The notes: generated by a model from the letters alone, not told the origin. Shown: positions 28,076-37,985, numbered from the stretch's first letter. The stretch: DNA of 64,000 nucleotides from an uncultured Sphingomonas sp. (GCF_946477935.1 NZ_CAMLAC010000002.1:378-64377); one strand, 5' to 3'. Numbers and translations are program-made.

Positions 28076-29050
28076 TTGAGCACGATGCTGTCGTGGCTCG
28101 ATGTCGTTCTGAGTATGCTATCCTTCGGCTTCGGTTTCTCCGCTAATCAGGGGGGCACCTGTCTGGTCGCGGTCGCTGACGAGCTAGTCAGACGACGCCC
28201 TCCCAAAACTCTCATCGGACTTGTCGCAGCATCTGCGGCTGCCGGCCTTATAGCCGTGCCGCTCGCTTGGGCTGCGGTGATCGACGGACTATCGATCACC
28301 GCAGCCAGCATCCATGTTCCGCTCATGGTAGGTGCCGTTGCGTTCGGTATCGGAGCCCTCGTCAACGACACGTGCCTGTTGGGGTCGCTGGCTCGTTTAG
28401 GGGACGGCGAAATGCGGCTCTTGGCACTGCCCTTCGGATTAGCGGCCGGCATGCTGCTCATTGACCACGCGCGACTTGCTTCTGTCGCTACGTGGCCGAG
28501 CCCGCTTTCGACGCCAAGCCTGCTGGGTGCGGTTTGCCTGTTGAGCTTTTTGATCGTCCTGACGCTGGCATCCATCAAGCTAACGGCCACCGAGCCTCCG
28601 CTACCTAGGGGAAGATGGCCACTGGTATTGTCAATGCTGATCCTTGGAGCGACCGGCGGCGCGCTTTTTGCGCTGTCACCAACCTGGACACTCGCGCACC
28701 TGTTGCAGCACAGCCTTCTAGCCGGAGATATGCGCACCGGAATTGTCGCACTCCCGGCCGTTGCAGCATCGGTTGTCGGCGCATTCGCTGCGTCGATGTG
28801 GCAAGGCAATATGCGCCTTCAAACCCCTTCCACCCGTGACCTCTTTCGGACCTTTGGCGGCGGCCTCCTCATGGGGGTCGGGATCGCACTCATCCCCGGC
28901 GGAAACGACGGTTTGATCCTGTCGGCGATACCCGCGCTGTCGCCAGCCGGCTTCGCGGCTGTCCTTACGATGATCGCTACTATTCTGCTTGGTCTGATCG
29001 GACGCCGCCGACTGACCCGCGGCGGGCGCATCGATCCTCACCGAACATAG
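28076..29050 (+). CDS. YeeE/YedE-family (sulfur-compound transport) membrane protein
   Basis: Multi-TM; NQGGTCLV, FGIGALVNDTCLLGSL and GGLLMGVGIALIPGGNDG motifs. Confidence 0.75.
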   Translation: MSTMLSWLDVVLSMLSFGFGFSANQGGTCLVAVADELVRRRPPKTLIGLVAASAAAGLIAVPLAWAAVIDGLSITAASIHVPLMVGAVAFGIGALVNDTCLLGSLARLGDGEMRLLALPFGLAAGMLLIDHARLASVATWPSPLSTPSLLGAVCLLSFLIVLTLASIKLTATEPPLPRGRWPLVLSMLILGATGGALFALSPTWTLAHLLQHSLLAGDMRTGIVALPAVAASVVGAFAASMWQGNMRLQTPSTRDLFRTFGGGLLMGVGIALIPGGNDGLILSAIPALSPAGFAAVLTMIATILLGLIGRRRLTRGGRIDPHRT

Positions 29051-29478
29051 CTGCTGATCAAACTATAGGCCTTGGCCGGACCCGTCACGTCGATGATGAT
29101 CTCGAATGCGCCCGGCAGCGCAAGAGCGTAACGAACCTCGTACAGGTCGTCACCACAGTGGTGGACGTCGTCAGCTACCAGGCGTTCGCCGTCGGAGGCA
29201 TCGAACGTCAGGCGCACGAAGTCATTGCCTATCGTCGGCCCATCCGCAAACGCGACCGTGAAGCCTCTTTCGGAGGGCCGATAGGTGTAGCGCCGGTGAG
29301 ACGACAACTCGCGGCCGTCTCGCAATCTAAGCGTACCGCATTCCCGGTATGCGAAAATGCCGCCGAGTCCAGGCTCGAAGGTCGCCTTGCCGTGGAGCTG
29401 AGCGCCGGCACCTCTAATCTCTCGATCAAGCTGCCAGGCGCCGCTCAGGCTTCGAAGGAGGTTAGCCCCTTCAAGCAC
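29038..29478 (-). CDS. DUF6314-like protein
   Basis: GAWQLDREI...YRECGTL...YTY...F.DG...HHCGDDLYEVRY...GPAKAYSLISSY. Confidence 0.65.
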   Translation of the reverse strand: MLEGANLLRSLSGAWQLDREIRGAGAQLHGKATFEPGLGGIFAYRECGTLRLRDGRELSSHRRYTYRPSERGFTVAFADGPTIGNDFVRLTFDASDGERLVADDVHHCGDDLYEVRYALALPGAFEIIIDVTGPAKAYSLISSYVR

Positions 29479-29555
29479 GGCGAACCGTCATCCTGCGTGC
29501 TGTACACGCGCTGACGCGCCGCAGGAATATCTCCTGAAGCGCGAGCACGCGTCCG

Positions 29556-30041
29556 TTACGCCAGATGCGCCGGTCGCCGCTCGACCGAATTGAAGAACAG
29601 AACGAGCGACGCTGCGAGGAGGACGGCGTCCTTCAGCAGGAACTGACCCGGCGCCGCCGAAATCGCGGGGAATCCTCCCGCGCTGGCTTCCGCGACGCCC
29701 GGTGTGGTCACGAAGAATGTCAGCGTGATCAGGTAGGTGGCAACTGACATCAGCGCACCCAGCGCCGAGAAGACCGGCCGAAACGCGCCGATGGCGAGAG
29801 CCGCAGCCGTCGAGAGCTCGATGACCCCGATGAAGTAGCTCTGCCCTTGCGTTCCGAACATGCCGAGCCAGCTCATCAGCGGGCTATGCCCGATAAACGG
29901 AGCGATCCCGTCAGCTTCGTACATCGTGAACTTCATGGCACCGAACCATAGAAAGACCAAGACGAGCGCCCATCTCAGCAGCGCCAAGTCCTTTCTGTCT
30001 TGCTCGGCGACATGAAAGCGGTAGCGGTTCAGAAACGGCAT
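29556..30041 (-). CDS. DUF417/YkgB (RclC-like) inner-membrane protein
   Basis: LRWALVLVFLWFGAMKFTMYEADGIAPFIGHSPLMSWL...IGVIE...TLTFFVTTPG...GQFLLKD, the RclC/YkgB signature. Confidence 0.85.
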   Translation of the reverse strand: MPFLNRYRFHVAEQDRKDLALLRWALVLVFLWFGAMKFTMYEADGIAPFIGHSPLMSWLGMFGTQGQSYFIGVIELSTAAALAIGAFRPVFSALGALMSVATYLITLTFFVTTPGVAEASAGGFPAISAAPGQFLLKDAVLLAASLVLFFNSVERRPAHLA

Positions 30042-30089
30042 CTGGAACTCCTCAATGAAGATGATGTCGGTTGAGTAGGGTCGAGTGGC

Positions 30090-30599
30090 TCAATGGCGCC
30101 GCGCGCCCATCGGGCAGCCAAGACATTTTGCCTGATCGCAGAAGCGGCACGTTGGCAGCGCGCTCTGCGGATCATCGAGCAGCGAAGTGAGAATGGTGTC
30201 GGCGATCCGCTCCAAGACTGCGCGGTCGTTGTCAGGAACCCGAACCAACAAACCGGAGACCGCAGCATTTCTCAGACCGAGAAGTTTGGTTCGCTCGGCC
30301 TGACCCCGCCGTGTGAGCGTGATATGGGCGACGCGGCGGTCGGACGGCGACTGTGACTTTCCCACAAGGCCTTGATCATCCAGCCGCTCGACCACACGCA
30401 CCGTTCCGGCGTGCGAGAGGCGAAGGATTCGGCTGATCTGATCGATCGACATCCCCGGCTCGTGACCAATTGCGATCAGCGCGGCCGCAGTTTCCCCGCC
30501 CGCAGTGAACGCTTCGGCGATAGCAATCCGTACCCGATCGGACACGGCCTGAGAAAGCGCGCCGAAAACGTTGATCAGTCGATCTGAGGGCTCGTCCAT
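30090..30599 (-). CDS. MarR-family regulator with C-terminal C-x2-C-x4-C-x2-C motif (MarR1)
   Basis: LSHAGTVRVVERLDDQGLV...DRRVAHITLT wHTH; tail CRFCDQAKCLGCP; start uncertain (30599-30632). Confidence 0.85.
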   Translation of the reverse strand: MDEPSDRLINVFGALSQAVSDRVRIAIAEAFTAGGETAAALIAIGHEPGMSIDQISRILRLSHAGTVRVVERLDDQGLVGKSQSPSDRRVAHITLTRRGQAERTKLLGLRNAAVSGLLVRVPDNDRAVLERIADTILTSLLDDPQSALPTCRFCDQAKCLGCPMGARRH

Positions 30600-30622
30600 C
30601 ATCAGCATGACTCGATGGAATA

Positions 30623-30637
30623 TATGCGTCACGCATA
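30623..30637. promoter_or_regulatory. TATGCG-TCA-CGCATA palindrome upstream of MarR1
   Basis: Exact copy, 23 bp from the predicted start. Confidence 0.8.
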
Positions 30638-30790
30638 CACCTTCAATCGGCTTATGTCGAGTTAGAACCGGGAATTGTTGCGCCGGTCGTCCGGATCACC
30701 TCTTGTCGATGAGACTTTGACGATCGTGAGCCCGGCGCAGACAAGCCGCTCGGACGGATATATTCCGAGCGCCGGCGTCTCGCCGTATAG

Positions 30791-31807
30791 TCAGCTGTCC
30801 AATTTGCCCATCTCGAGTGCTGTATCGGCCATGCGGGTCGCAAAGCTCCACTCGTTGTCATACCAAGCAAGCACGCGAACCATTCGCCGGTCGACAACAT
30901 CGGTCTGAGGGAGTGCGACGATCGACGACTCGGTCCGATGGCTCAAATCGATCGATACCAGCGGTTCGGCGGTGACTGCCAGCACGCCCTGCATTGATCC
31001 ATCGGCAGCTTGCCGGATGGCTTCGTTCACTTCGTCAACGGTGACGTCGCGCATGGCGGACACAGCCAGGTCGATGACCGACACGTTGGGAGTGGGAACC
31101 CGGATCGACGATCCGTGCAGCTTGCCCTTCAACTCCGGCAATACGCGGCCAATGGCGTTCGCCGCGCCCGTCGACGTCGGGATCATCGAGAGGGCAGCCG
31201 CGCGGCCGCGATATGGGTCCGAGTGGACGGCATCGAGCGTCGGTTGGTCCCCGGTGTAGGCGTGAACAGTCGTCATGTAACCGCGCTCGATACCGAACAG
31301 ATCGTTCAGCACCTTCGCCACGGGTGCGAGCACGTTTGTCGTGCAGGAGCCGTTCGAAACGATCACATCTTCGCTCGTCAGCGTATCGTGATTGACCTTG
31401 AAGACGATCGTCTTGTCGGCGCCCTCGCTGGGCGCGGAGACGAGGACGCGCTTTGCGCCGGCGCGAAGGTGCGCGCTCGCCTTGTCCTTCGAGGTGAAGA
31501 ATCCAGAGCACTCCAGCGCTATGTCGACCCCGCACCGCTGATGAGGCAAGTCCGCAGGGTCGCGCTCCGTAGTGACTTCGATTTTTCCGGAGCCGACGTC
31601 GATCCAGTCGGTACCGATATCGATTTCACCCGGGAAGGGACCGTGAATCGAATCGTATTTGAGAAGGTGGGCCAGGGTAGCGACTGACGCGAGGTCGTTG
31701 ATCGCCACCACCTGGATATCCCGACGGCCGAGCTCGACCATCGAGCGCAACGTCAGACGACCGATGCGCCCGAAACCGTTGATCGCGACCCTGACCGTCA
31801 TGCGCAT
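30791..31807 (-). CDS. gap: Type I glyceraldehyde-3-phosphate dehydrogenase
   Basis: VAINGFGRIGR, SNGSCTTNVLAP, TVHAYTGDQ, AWYDNEW. Confidence 0.95.
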   Translation of the reverse strand: MRMTVRVAINGFGRIGRLTLRSMVELGRRDIQVVAINDLASVATLAHLLKYDSIHGPFPGEIDIGTDWIDVGSGKIEVTTERDPADLPHQRCGVDIALECSGFFTSKDKASAHLRAGAKRVLVSAPSEGADKTIVFKVNHDTLTSEDVIVSNGSCTTNVLAPVAKVLNDLFGIERGYMTTVHAYTGDQPTLDAVHSDPYRGRAAALSMIPTSTGAANAIGRVLPELKGKLHGSSIRVPTPNVSVIDLAVSAMRDVTVDEVNEAIRQAADGSMQGVLAVTAEPLVSIDLSHRTESSIVALPQTDVVDRRMVRVLAWYDNEWSFATRMADTALEMGKLDS

Positions 31808-31897
31808 TTCCTTCAGTTGCTGAGAAATGGTCGCTGGCAGCGGGCACCTGCTCGCTACCGTCTGGAAGAGGTTTGAGACTCAAGCCGACGCAATATA

Positions 31898-31912
31898 TAT
31901 GCGCGGCGCATA
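31898..31912. promoter_or_regulatory. TATGCG-CGG-CGCATA palindrome between divergent gap and rpiA
   Basis: Exact arms. Confidence 0.75.
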
Positions 31913-32053
31913 GACCTAATCGTCGGTTCCTGGCAGGTCAACATGGTGAGGCGATCGAGCGCAGCAGGCGGGTGCCCGTCAGCTCATTCGCTACCGTCGA
32001 GGATAGCAGGTACCCCGCTGAGTGAGGACCCGAGGGCAAGACGGGAGACGTGA

Positions 32054-32743
32054 GTGGTGTCTGACCTTGAAGCAGAAAAGGTTCTCGCGGCCAGACGAGC
32101 GGTCGATGAAGTCCAGGATGGCATGCTTGTTGGATTAGGGACTGGCAGCACGGCTAACTACGCAGTTAGATGCCTGGCCGAGCGGATTGCCAGCGGTCTC
32201 CGCATCACAGCGGTGGCAACGTCGCGAATGACCGAAGTCTTGGCCCGCGAACTGGCCATACCGCTGACATCCATGGAAGGTGTCAGCTCAATCGACCTCA
32301 CGATCGACGGCGCTGACGAGATCGATCACCGCTTGCAGGCGATCAAGGGCGGTGGGGGGGCCTTGCTGCGGGAAAAGGTCATTGCTGCCGCGTCAGCTCG
32401 CGTCATAGCCGTGGTCGATTCCAGCAAGTTCGTGACGCAGCTGGGCCGCTTCCCGTTACCGATCGAGGCCTTTCCATTCGCCACCGCTTTCGTCGGGGCG
32501 CGCCTCGCTGATCTTGGAGGCCCGGTGTCTCTGCGAATGGAGGACGGCCGTCCGTTCGTGACCGATCAGGGCAACCACATTCTGGACGTTGCGCTTGGAT
32601 CTATTGCGGATAGCCAGCAGACCGCGCTCGCGATTTCAGGCATTCCGGGCGTCGCCGGGCACGGCCTCTTCCTCTCTGAGATCGACACCGTCGTTATTGC
32701 CCACGGCGGCACGGTCGAGCTCCGGCACGCGGAGCGGTCGTGA
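32054..32743 (+). CDS. rpiA: Ribose-5-phosphate isomerase A
   Basis: VGLGTGST, DLTIDGADE, IKGGGGALLREK. Confidence 0.95.
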   Translation: MVSDLEAEKVLAARRAVDEVQDGMLVGLGTGSTANYAVRCLAERIASGLRITAVATSRMTEVLARELAIPLTSMEGVSSIDLTIDGADEIDHRLQAIKGGGGALLREKVIAAASARVIAVVDSSKFVTQLGRFPLPIEAFPFATAFVGARLADLGGPVSLRMEDGRPFVTDQGNHILDVALGSIADSQQTALAISGIPGVAGHGLFLSEIDTVVIAHGGTVELRHAERS

Positions 32744-32981
32744 TGTCCATCCAGTCGCTTGCGTCGATCGATTGCACCGTCACGTCGGCGATGAGATGGA
32801 GGGAAACCACACGAGATCTAGCGTTCACCTAGCTGTCATAGCCGCCGCGTATCATGCTATTCGACAGCACGTCGCAAATTCTGATGAGTCAGACGGTTGC
32901 CCACAGGGCGTAAGAGGCTGATAATACAGCACTTACTCGCATTCGAGCCGTCCGTGTCAAACCACGCCGAAGCTTGCTGTC

Positions 32982-32996
32982 TATGCGCCACGCACA
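32982..32996. promoter_or_regulatory. TATGCG-CCA-CGCACA (1 mismatch) upstream of MarR2
   Basis: 13 bp before the predicted start at 33010. Confidence 0.65.
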
Positions 32997-33009
32997 TATA
33001 ACGGCGCGA

Positions 33010-33534
33010 ATGGATGGACCTCGAGACCGTAACGTGTTCGGGGCGTTCGCACTCATGATCGGCGAGGACATCGTTCGCGCTAGTTCATCGCGGGCGCCTG
33101 AAGAAGGACCTGCCGCTTCGGCGTTGGCGCTGATTGCGCACAAGCCCGGGCTTTCGGTGAGAATGCTCGCGATTGGCGTAGGCTTGTCGCACGCGGCGGC
33201 GGTTCGCCTTGCAGATCGCCTTACTATTCAAGGGCTGATCGAGAGCCGGGCGAGTTCGTCCGACGGGCGGGTCCGCTCCCTGTATCTGACATCGGCCGGT
33301 CAGACGGCCAGCGCCGCGGTCCTAGCCGCTAGAGATGAGGTAATCGCGGAAGGGTTGTCGATCCTCAACAAGGGCGAAATGAAGTTCCTGGCCGACATTG
33401 CCGAGCGCGTATTACGCGACCGTTTGGAGAACCTCGAGCATTCTTACCGCATCTGCCGCCTGTGCTGCTACGAAGGCTGTACCGATTGTCCTATCGACGC
33501 CGAGCTGCACGAGCGGGGGCGGGACCGCGAGTGA
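33010..33534 (+). CDS. MarR-family regulator with C-terminal C-x2-C-x4-C-x2-C motif (MarR2)
   Basis: NVFGAF, LSHAAAVRLADRL, DGRVRSLYLT; tail CRLCCYEGCTDCP; paralog of MarR1; start uncertain (32974-33010). Confidence 0.85.
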   Translation: MDGPRDRNVFGAFALMIGEDIVRASSSRAPEEGPAASALALIAHKPGLSVRMLAIGVGLSHAAAVRLADRLTIQGLIESRASSSDGRVRSLYLTSAGQTASAAVLAARDEVIAEGLSILNKGEMKFLADIAERVLRDRLENLEHSYRICRLCCYEGCTDCPIDAELHERGRDRE

Positions 33535-33563
33535 GGGCCACATCCATCCGGGTATGAGCCGGA

Positions 33564-34349
33564 TTAGTGTTGCGCGATCAGGTAAGCGGCGAGGAAGCCA
33601 AGAACCGTGATCAGGCCTATGAAGGGAGGCGCATTCTCGAATGCTTCTGGGATCATGGCCTCCGCCAGCATGGCTAGTACGGCCCCCGCCGCGAACAGGA
33701 GGATCGCCGGCTCCTGCGCCGATGCTGAACCGAGCAGAAAATTCCCGGCGGCGGCAGCGATCCCTATGAGCAGCGGTATCCCGATCCAAATCGTGTAGAC
33801 GTACCGACGCGACCGGCCGGCCTGCTTCATCCCCGAGGTGCTCGACAGTCCCTGAGGCACGTTAGCTAGAAAGAAGCCCGCGATCACCGCCAAGCTGATC
33901 GCGCCGCCGCCGGCGACTGACATCCCGATCACCAGGGCCTCCGGTATTCCGTCAAGCACACTGCCGACCGCGATCGCAGACCCACTCCCGTGATGCTCTG
34001 CCTCGTTCGGTTGCTCGACGCATTCGCCGCAGCGCTTCCGGTTCTTCGCGCCGCGGCGGGCCAGATACCAGTTTATGCTGCTGAAAACCGCCGCCCCTGC
34101 TGGCAAGGCGACGGTTGGCCATATATCCGCCCCCGCCGCGTCCGGTCGGACGACGAGTTCGGTGGCTATCACGGCAAACAGGACGCCGCCGCCAAAGCCC
34201 ATGACGGCTGCAATCATCCGGTGGCTGAGCTTGCCGAAGAAAGCGTCCGCAACGATCGCGCCCAGAAGCAACCCGCTACCGGATACCAGACCCCACAGAC
34301 CGGCAACAAGGAACTCAGGGATCGGGGAAGCAGGAGAGCCCATAGCCAC
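33564..34349 (-). CDS. ZIP-family metal transporter
   Basis: LDGIPEALVIG, NVPQGLSS, GAVLAMLAEAMIPEAF; loop motif RKRCGEC. Confidence 0.8.
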   Translation of the reverse strand: MAMGSPASPIPEFLVAGLWGLVSGSGLLLGAIVADAFFGKLSHRMIAAVMGFGGGVLFAVIATELVVRPDAAGADIWPTVALPAGAAVFSSINWYLARRGAKNRKRCGECVEQPNEAEHHGSGSAIAVGSVLDGIPEALVIGMSVAGGGAISLAVIAGFFLANVPQGLSSTSGMKQAGRSRRYVYTIWIGIPLLIGIAAAAGNFLLGSASAQEPAILLFAAGAVLAMLAEAMIPEAFENAPPFIGLITVLGFLAAYLIAQH

Positions 34350-34444
34350 TCAGCCTCTTTCAGATGATGTCGACACGCAGGATCGCTCGGTTGCGCATTC
34401 ACAAACGACCGGACGCGCGGGCGACTGGCGGCATCGCCACATCC

Positions 34445-35023
34445 TCACCGCTGTCGATCCAGGCGCCAATTGGGGCGCGCGAAGTGGCAGCTATAACCCC
34501 GTGGGTGGCGAACGAGGTACTTCTGATGCTCCGGCTCCGCTTCCCAGAAAGGCTCTTCGGGATTGATTTCGGATAAGACTGGCCCTGGCCATAGACCTGA
34601 CGCTTCGATCTCCTCGATCGTCGCCAAGGCAACTTCCATCTGACGCTTGTCGGTATAGAAAATAGCGGAGCGGTAGCTCGGACCGACGTCGCTACCTTGT
34701 TGCTCGTAGGTTGTGGGATCGTGGATCTGAAAGAAGAGCTCCAGCAAAGTTCGATAGCTCAGAAGGGCCGGGTCGAAGACCACTTCTACCGCCTCCGCGT
34801 GCCCATGATGATCATCGTAGGTCGGCGCCGCCATCTCACCGCCGATATATCCGACGCGCGTCGAGATGACCCCCCGCTTGCGACGCAGCAGATCCTCCAA
34901 ACCCCAGAAGCAGCCGCCGGCGAGTATCGCTCGCTCCGTACGGCTCGCCCCATCTCCGGCAACCCTGTCGCTTTCGGATCGCTCACTTACTGATCGATCC
35001 TGATTGTCGCCACCGGATGCCAT
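34445..35023 (-). CDS. msrA: Peptide-methionine (S)-S-oxide reductase, copy 1
   Basis: [45 protein letters not shown]. Confidence 0.93.
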   Translation of the reverse strand: MASGGDNQDRSVSERSESDRVAGDGASRTERAILAGGCFWGLEDLLRRKRGVISTRVGYIGGEMAAPTYDDHHGHAEAVEVVFDPALLSYRTLLELFFQIHDPTTYEQQGSDVGPSYRSAIFYTDKRQMEVALATIEEIEASGLWPGPVLSEINPEEPFWEAEPEHQKYLVRHPRGYSCHFARPNWRLDRQR

Positions 35024-35025
35024 GC

Positions 35026-36273
35026 TTACGCGGCCGACCGGGGGTCGGCTTCGCGGCTGGGCGAACCAACGAGATCGGTCTGAACATCGGATCCGCGAAT
35101 GAGCGTCAGATCGACGGGACAGCGATCGGCGATCTCAAGAATCCGTGCGCGCTGTTCCTCATCGAGAGGCCCCTCAAGGACGATCGTGCGCGTGAACCTA
35201 TCTGGCGGAACCATGTCCGCCACCTTCTTGTGCTCGACCCTCGTGCTCGCTCGTTCGAGCGGAAAGCCCTTCCGGTTAGCATAGAGGCGCATCGTCATTA
35301 CCGTGCAGGCAGCAAGGCCCGCCGAGACCAGTTCATATGGCGACAGACCGCTCCCTAACCCGCCGACTGAGGCCGGTTCGTCCGAGAAGATCGTGTGCTT
35401 GCCGCTGCGGACCCTAAGCTGAAACTTGCCTGCCAGCGTCTCGATGGCCTCGACCCCATCCGCTGCCTCAACCTGGGGAAGATCGGCTACAAGGGGCGGC
35501 AGGTAGCGATTTGCCCAGGTTGCCACCATTGCTGAAACGAAGTTTGCGTTGGCGGCATCGGCGATGAGATGATCTGCCATGTCGAGCGAAACAAAGCTCT
35601 TGGGGTGGCGAGCAGCGACGAAGATGCGCGACGCATGCTCAATCCCGACCACCTGATCGATAGGGGAGTGCAGGACGAGCAAGGGACGACGCAGCGTCGC
35701 CACCGCCTTCTCCACATCCACCTCCGCAACGGCGTCGATGAAGCTGCGACGAATGAGAAAGGGCCGCCCGGCGATTTCGACCGATGCTTCTCCGTCGCGC
35801 CTGACCGTGTCGAGATCGCTGGCATTGAAGACCTTCAGGATATGCTGGAGCTCCGCCGGAGCGCCGATAGTCGCCACGGCGACGATATCCGGGAGATCGG
35901 CGGCAGCCACCAAAGCGGCGGTTCCACCAAGGCTGTGCCCAATAAGGAGGGAAGGGGTCATTCCCGCGGCCGTCATCGCGTTCGCCGCTGATTTGAGATC
36001 CGTAACGTCCGAGGCGAAACTGACTGCCTCGCCTTGGGCGCTGCCTATCCCAGTTCCAGCAAAGTCGAATCGCAGCACGCCGATGCCCGCCCGCGAAAGC
36101 GCACGGGAAATATGGACAGCCGCTCGGCTGTCTTTCCCGCACGTGAAGCAATGGGCGAAGATCGCCCATCCTCGGGGGGTGCCTTCCGGCGGCTCCAGGA
36201 GGGCGGAAAGAGGCCGGCCCTCCTCGTTTTGGAACGTGAACGATGTGCCCGGCACGCCGATACCTCCCAGCAT
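35026..36273 (-). CDS. Bifunctional alpha/beta hydrolase-OsmC protein
   Basis: [14 protein letters not shown] nucleophile elbow, OsmC part LAACTVMT...IADRCPV. Confidence 0.9.
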   Translation of the reverse strand: MLGGIGVPGTSFTFQNEEGRPLSALLEPPEGTPRGWAIFAHCFTCGKDSRAAVHISRALSRAGIGVLRFDFAGTGIGSAQGEAVSFASDVTDLKSAANAMTAAGMTPSLLIGHSLGGTAALVAAADLPDIVAVATIGAPAELQHILKVFNASDLDTVRRDGEASVEIAGRPFLIRRSFIDAVAEVDVEKAVATLRRPLLVLHSPIDQVVGIEHASRIFVAARHPKSFVSLDMADHLIADAANANFVSAMVATWANRYLPPLVADLPQVEAADGVEAIETLAGKFQLRVRSGKHTIFSDEPASVGGLGSGLSPYELVSAGLAACTVMTMRLYANRKGFPLERASTRVEHKKVADMVPPDRFTRTIVLEGPLDEEQRARILEIADRCPVDLTLIRGSDVQTDLVGSPSREADPRSAA

Positions 36274-36392
36274 CTATGGGCACCGATCGACGATCTCTGC
36301 CAGCCCGCGAGAGGGGTGATCGTCACCACCTCGCGTCTCACTGGGCCGCACAGCATCGGCATCGGCACCTGTCTCCACAGGCATCCTTTTTA

Positions 36393-36447
36393 TATGCGTC
36401 ACGCATATAGACAAGCCCCTACCGCCAAACTATATGCGTCGCGCATA
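36393..36447. promoter_or_regulatory. Two TATGCG-N3-CGCATA palindromes (36393-36407, 36433-36447) between divergent osmC-hydrolase and lysR
   Basis: Exact arms, 40 bp apart. Confidence 0.8.
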
Positions 36448-36517
36448 CTTCTCCGTAACGCTCGATCGACGCCTGATCCGTGGGGAAGTGCGTGACAGAC
36501 ACATGGGCCGAAGGGTG

Positions 36518-37393
36518 ATGGAACTCAATCAGGTCAGCTATTTCATAAACTTGGCTGCGACGCTGAACTTTACCGAGGCAGCTCGGCTGAGTGGCGTATC
36601 GCAGCCAAGCCTGACCCGCGCTATCCGCCGACTAGAAGAGGAACTAGGCGGTGCGCTGATCTATCGGGACGGAAAGAACAGCCGCCTCACCGGACTGGGC
36701 CAGGATGTCGAAGCGGAGTTCCGGCGAATGCTCTTCGCCCTGAAAAGCGTGCGCGATCATTCCGAGAACTGGACGATGGGGCGGCACCGGGTGCTGGACA
36801 TCGCCGTGGCGCCAACCGTCAGTCCCAAAGCGTTTGGGACCTTCTTCGAAGGTGCCCTGGATAAGGTGCCCTCAATCGAGATCAGGCTGCACTCGCTCCA
36901 GTCGAGCGAGGACACGTCGGAAGTGTTATCAGGCAAATATCACGCTTGTATCCTGCCGCGGGAAATCCGCCCGGACCGTAAGCTCGATATCCGTCCTCTC
37001 TTTCGAGAGCGCTTTGTACTCGCCTGCGCGGTCGAGCACCCATTGGCGAACGCAGATATTGTGCGCGGTGAGGACTTGTCGAGATATCCGGTCGTCGATC
37101 GACTCAAATGCGAGTTTCGTGACCAGATAGTGGAACACTTTGCGCGGCGCGACGTGGTCATGCGCCCACGCTTCCGTTCCGAGCGAGAAGACTGGGTTCA
37201 TCGAATCGTCGCCGAAGGTCGCGCGATATGCATCTTGCCGGAGCGATCGGCGGCAGACACTGGTCTCGTAACTCGACCGATCGAAGGTTTCACCTTGGAA
37301 CGAGAAGTGGTGATCGCGACTGTTTCCGGTTCGACGGCTCCGGTCGAGATCCGGAAGGTAGCGCAACTCGCGGCCCGACACGAATGGCAGTGA
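36518..37393 (+). CDS. LysR-family regulator, OxyR-like Cys198
   Basis: MELNQVSYF...NFTEAA...SQPSLTRAIRRLEEELG; effector domain DRLKCEFRDQ with Cys at residue 198. Confidence 0.9.
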   Translation: MELNQVSYFINLAATLNFTEAARLSGVSQPSLTRAIRRLEEELGGALIYRDGKNSRLTGLGQDVEAEFRRMLFALKSVRDHSENWTMGRHRVLDIAVAPTVSPKAFGTFFEGALDKVPSIEIRLHSLQSSEDTSEVLSGKYHACILPREIRPDRKLDIRPLFRERFVLACAVEHPLANADIVRGEDLSRYPVVDRLKCEFRDQIVEHFARRDVVMRPRFRSEREDWVHRIVAEGRAICILPERSAADTGLVTRPIEGFTLEREVVIATVSGSTAPVEIRKVAQLAARHEWQ

Positions 37394-37411
37394 GTCAGAC
37401 AAAGCGTCAGA

Positions 37412-37441
37412 GCTATGGAAACTATGCTCACAGCGTATTGG
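37412..37441 (+). promoter_or_regulatory. 30-bp LysR/OxyR-like box upstream of msrB-msrA-gst
   Basis: GCTATGGAAACTATGCTCACAGCGTATTGG. Confidence 0.7.
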
Positions 37442-37540
37442 ATAAGTGACGTCGCCACTGCGATAGTCGATGTGACGACAGATCAGTCAAGCTGAACTCA
37501 GTGCGCCCGGCCCTCTAAACTTAGTATTGGAGATCGAATC

Positions 37541-37984
37541 ATGAAGTTCGAGAAGACACAGGCGGCTATTGACCGCCTCACCCCAGAGCAACGTCGCATT
37601 ACCCAGGAACACGGCACCGAGCGGGCGTTCACGGGTGAATATAACGACAACAAGGAGCCGGGCATTTACGTCGATGTCGTCTCGGGCGAGCCGCTTTTCG
37701 CGTCGACCGATAAGTTCGAATCTCGCTCCGGCTGGCCGAGTTTCACCAAGCCAATCGTCCCGGCGCATATCAACGAGGTGCGAGACAGCTCGCACGGGAT
37801 GGTCCGGACGGAAGTTCGGTCGGTGCACGGTGACAGCCATCTCGGCCACGTGTTTCCGGACGGTCCGTCCGACCGCGGCGGCCTGCGCTACTGCATCAAC
37901 TCGGCAGCGCTCCGCTTCATCCCGCGCGATGAGATGGAGGCGGAAGGCTACGGCGAATATCTCGACCAGGTAGAGGAGGCTTAA
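37541..37984 (+). CDS. msrB: Peptide-methionine (R)-S-oxide reductase
   Basis: GTERAF, GWPSF, HLGHVF.DGP, RYCINS; single Cys. Confidence 0.95.
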   Translation: MKFEKTQAAIDRLTPEQRRITQEHGTERAFTGEYNDNKEPGIYVDVVSGEPLFASTDKFESRSGWPSFTKPIVPAHINEVRDSSHGMVRTEVRSVHGDSHLGHVFPDGPSDRGGLRYCINSAALRFIPRDEMEAEGYGEYLDQVEEA

Positions 37985-37985
37985 C

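Noticed and set aside
27905-36447. TATGCG-N3-CGCATA copies as a CRISPR array or MITE ends
   Set aside because: Copies are dispersed singly or in pairs at promoters, with no regular spacers, no cas genes and no target-site duplications.
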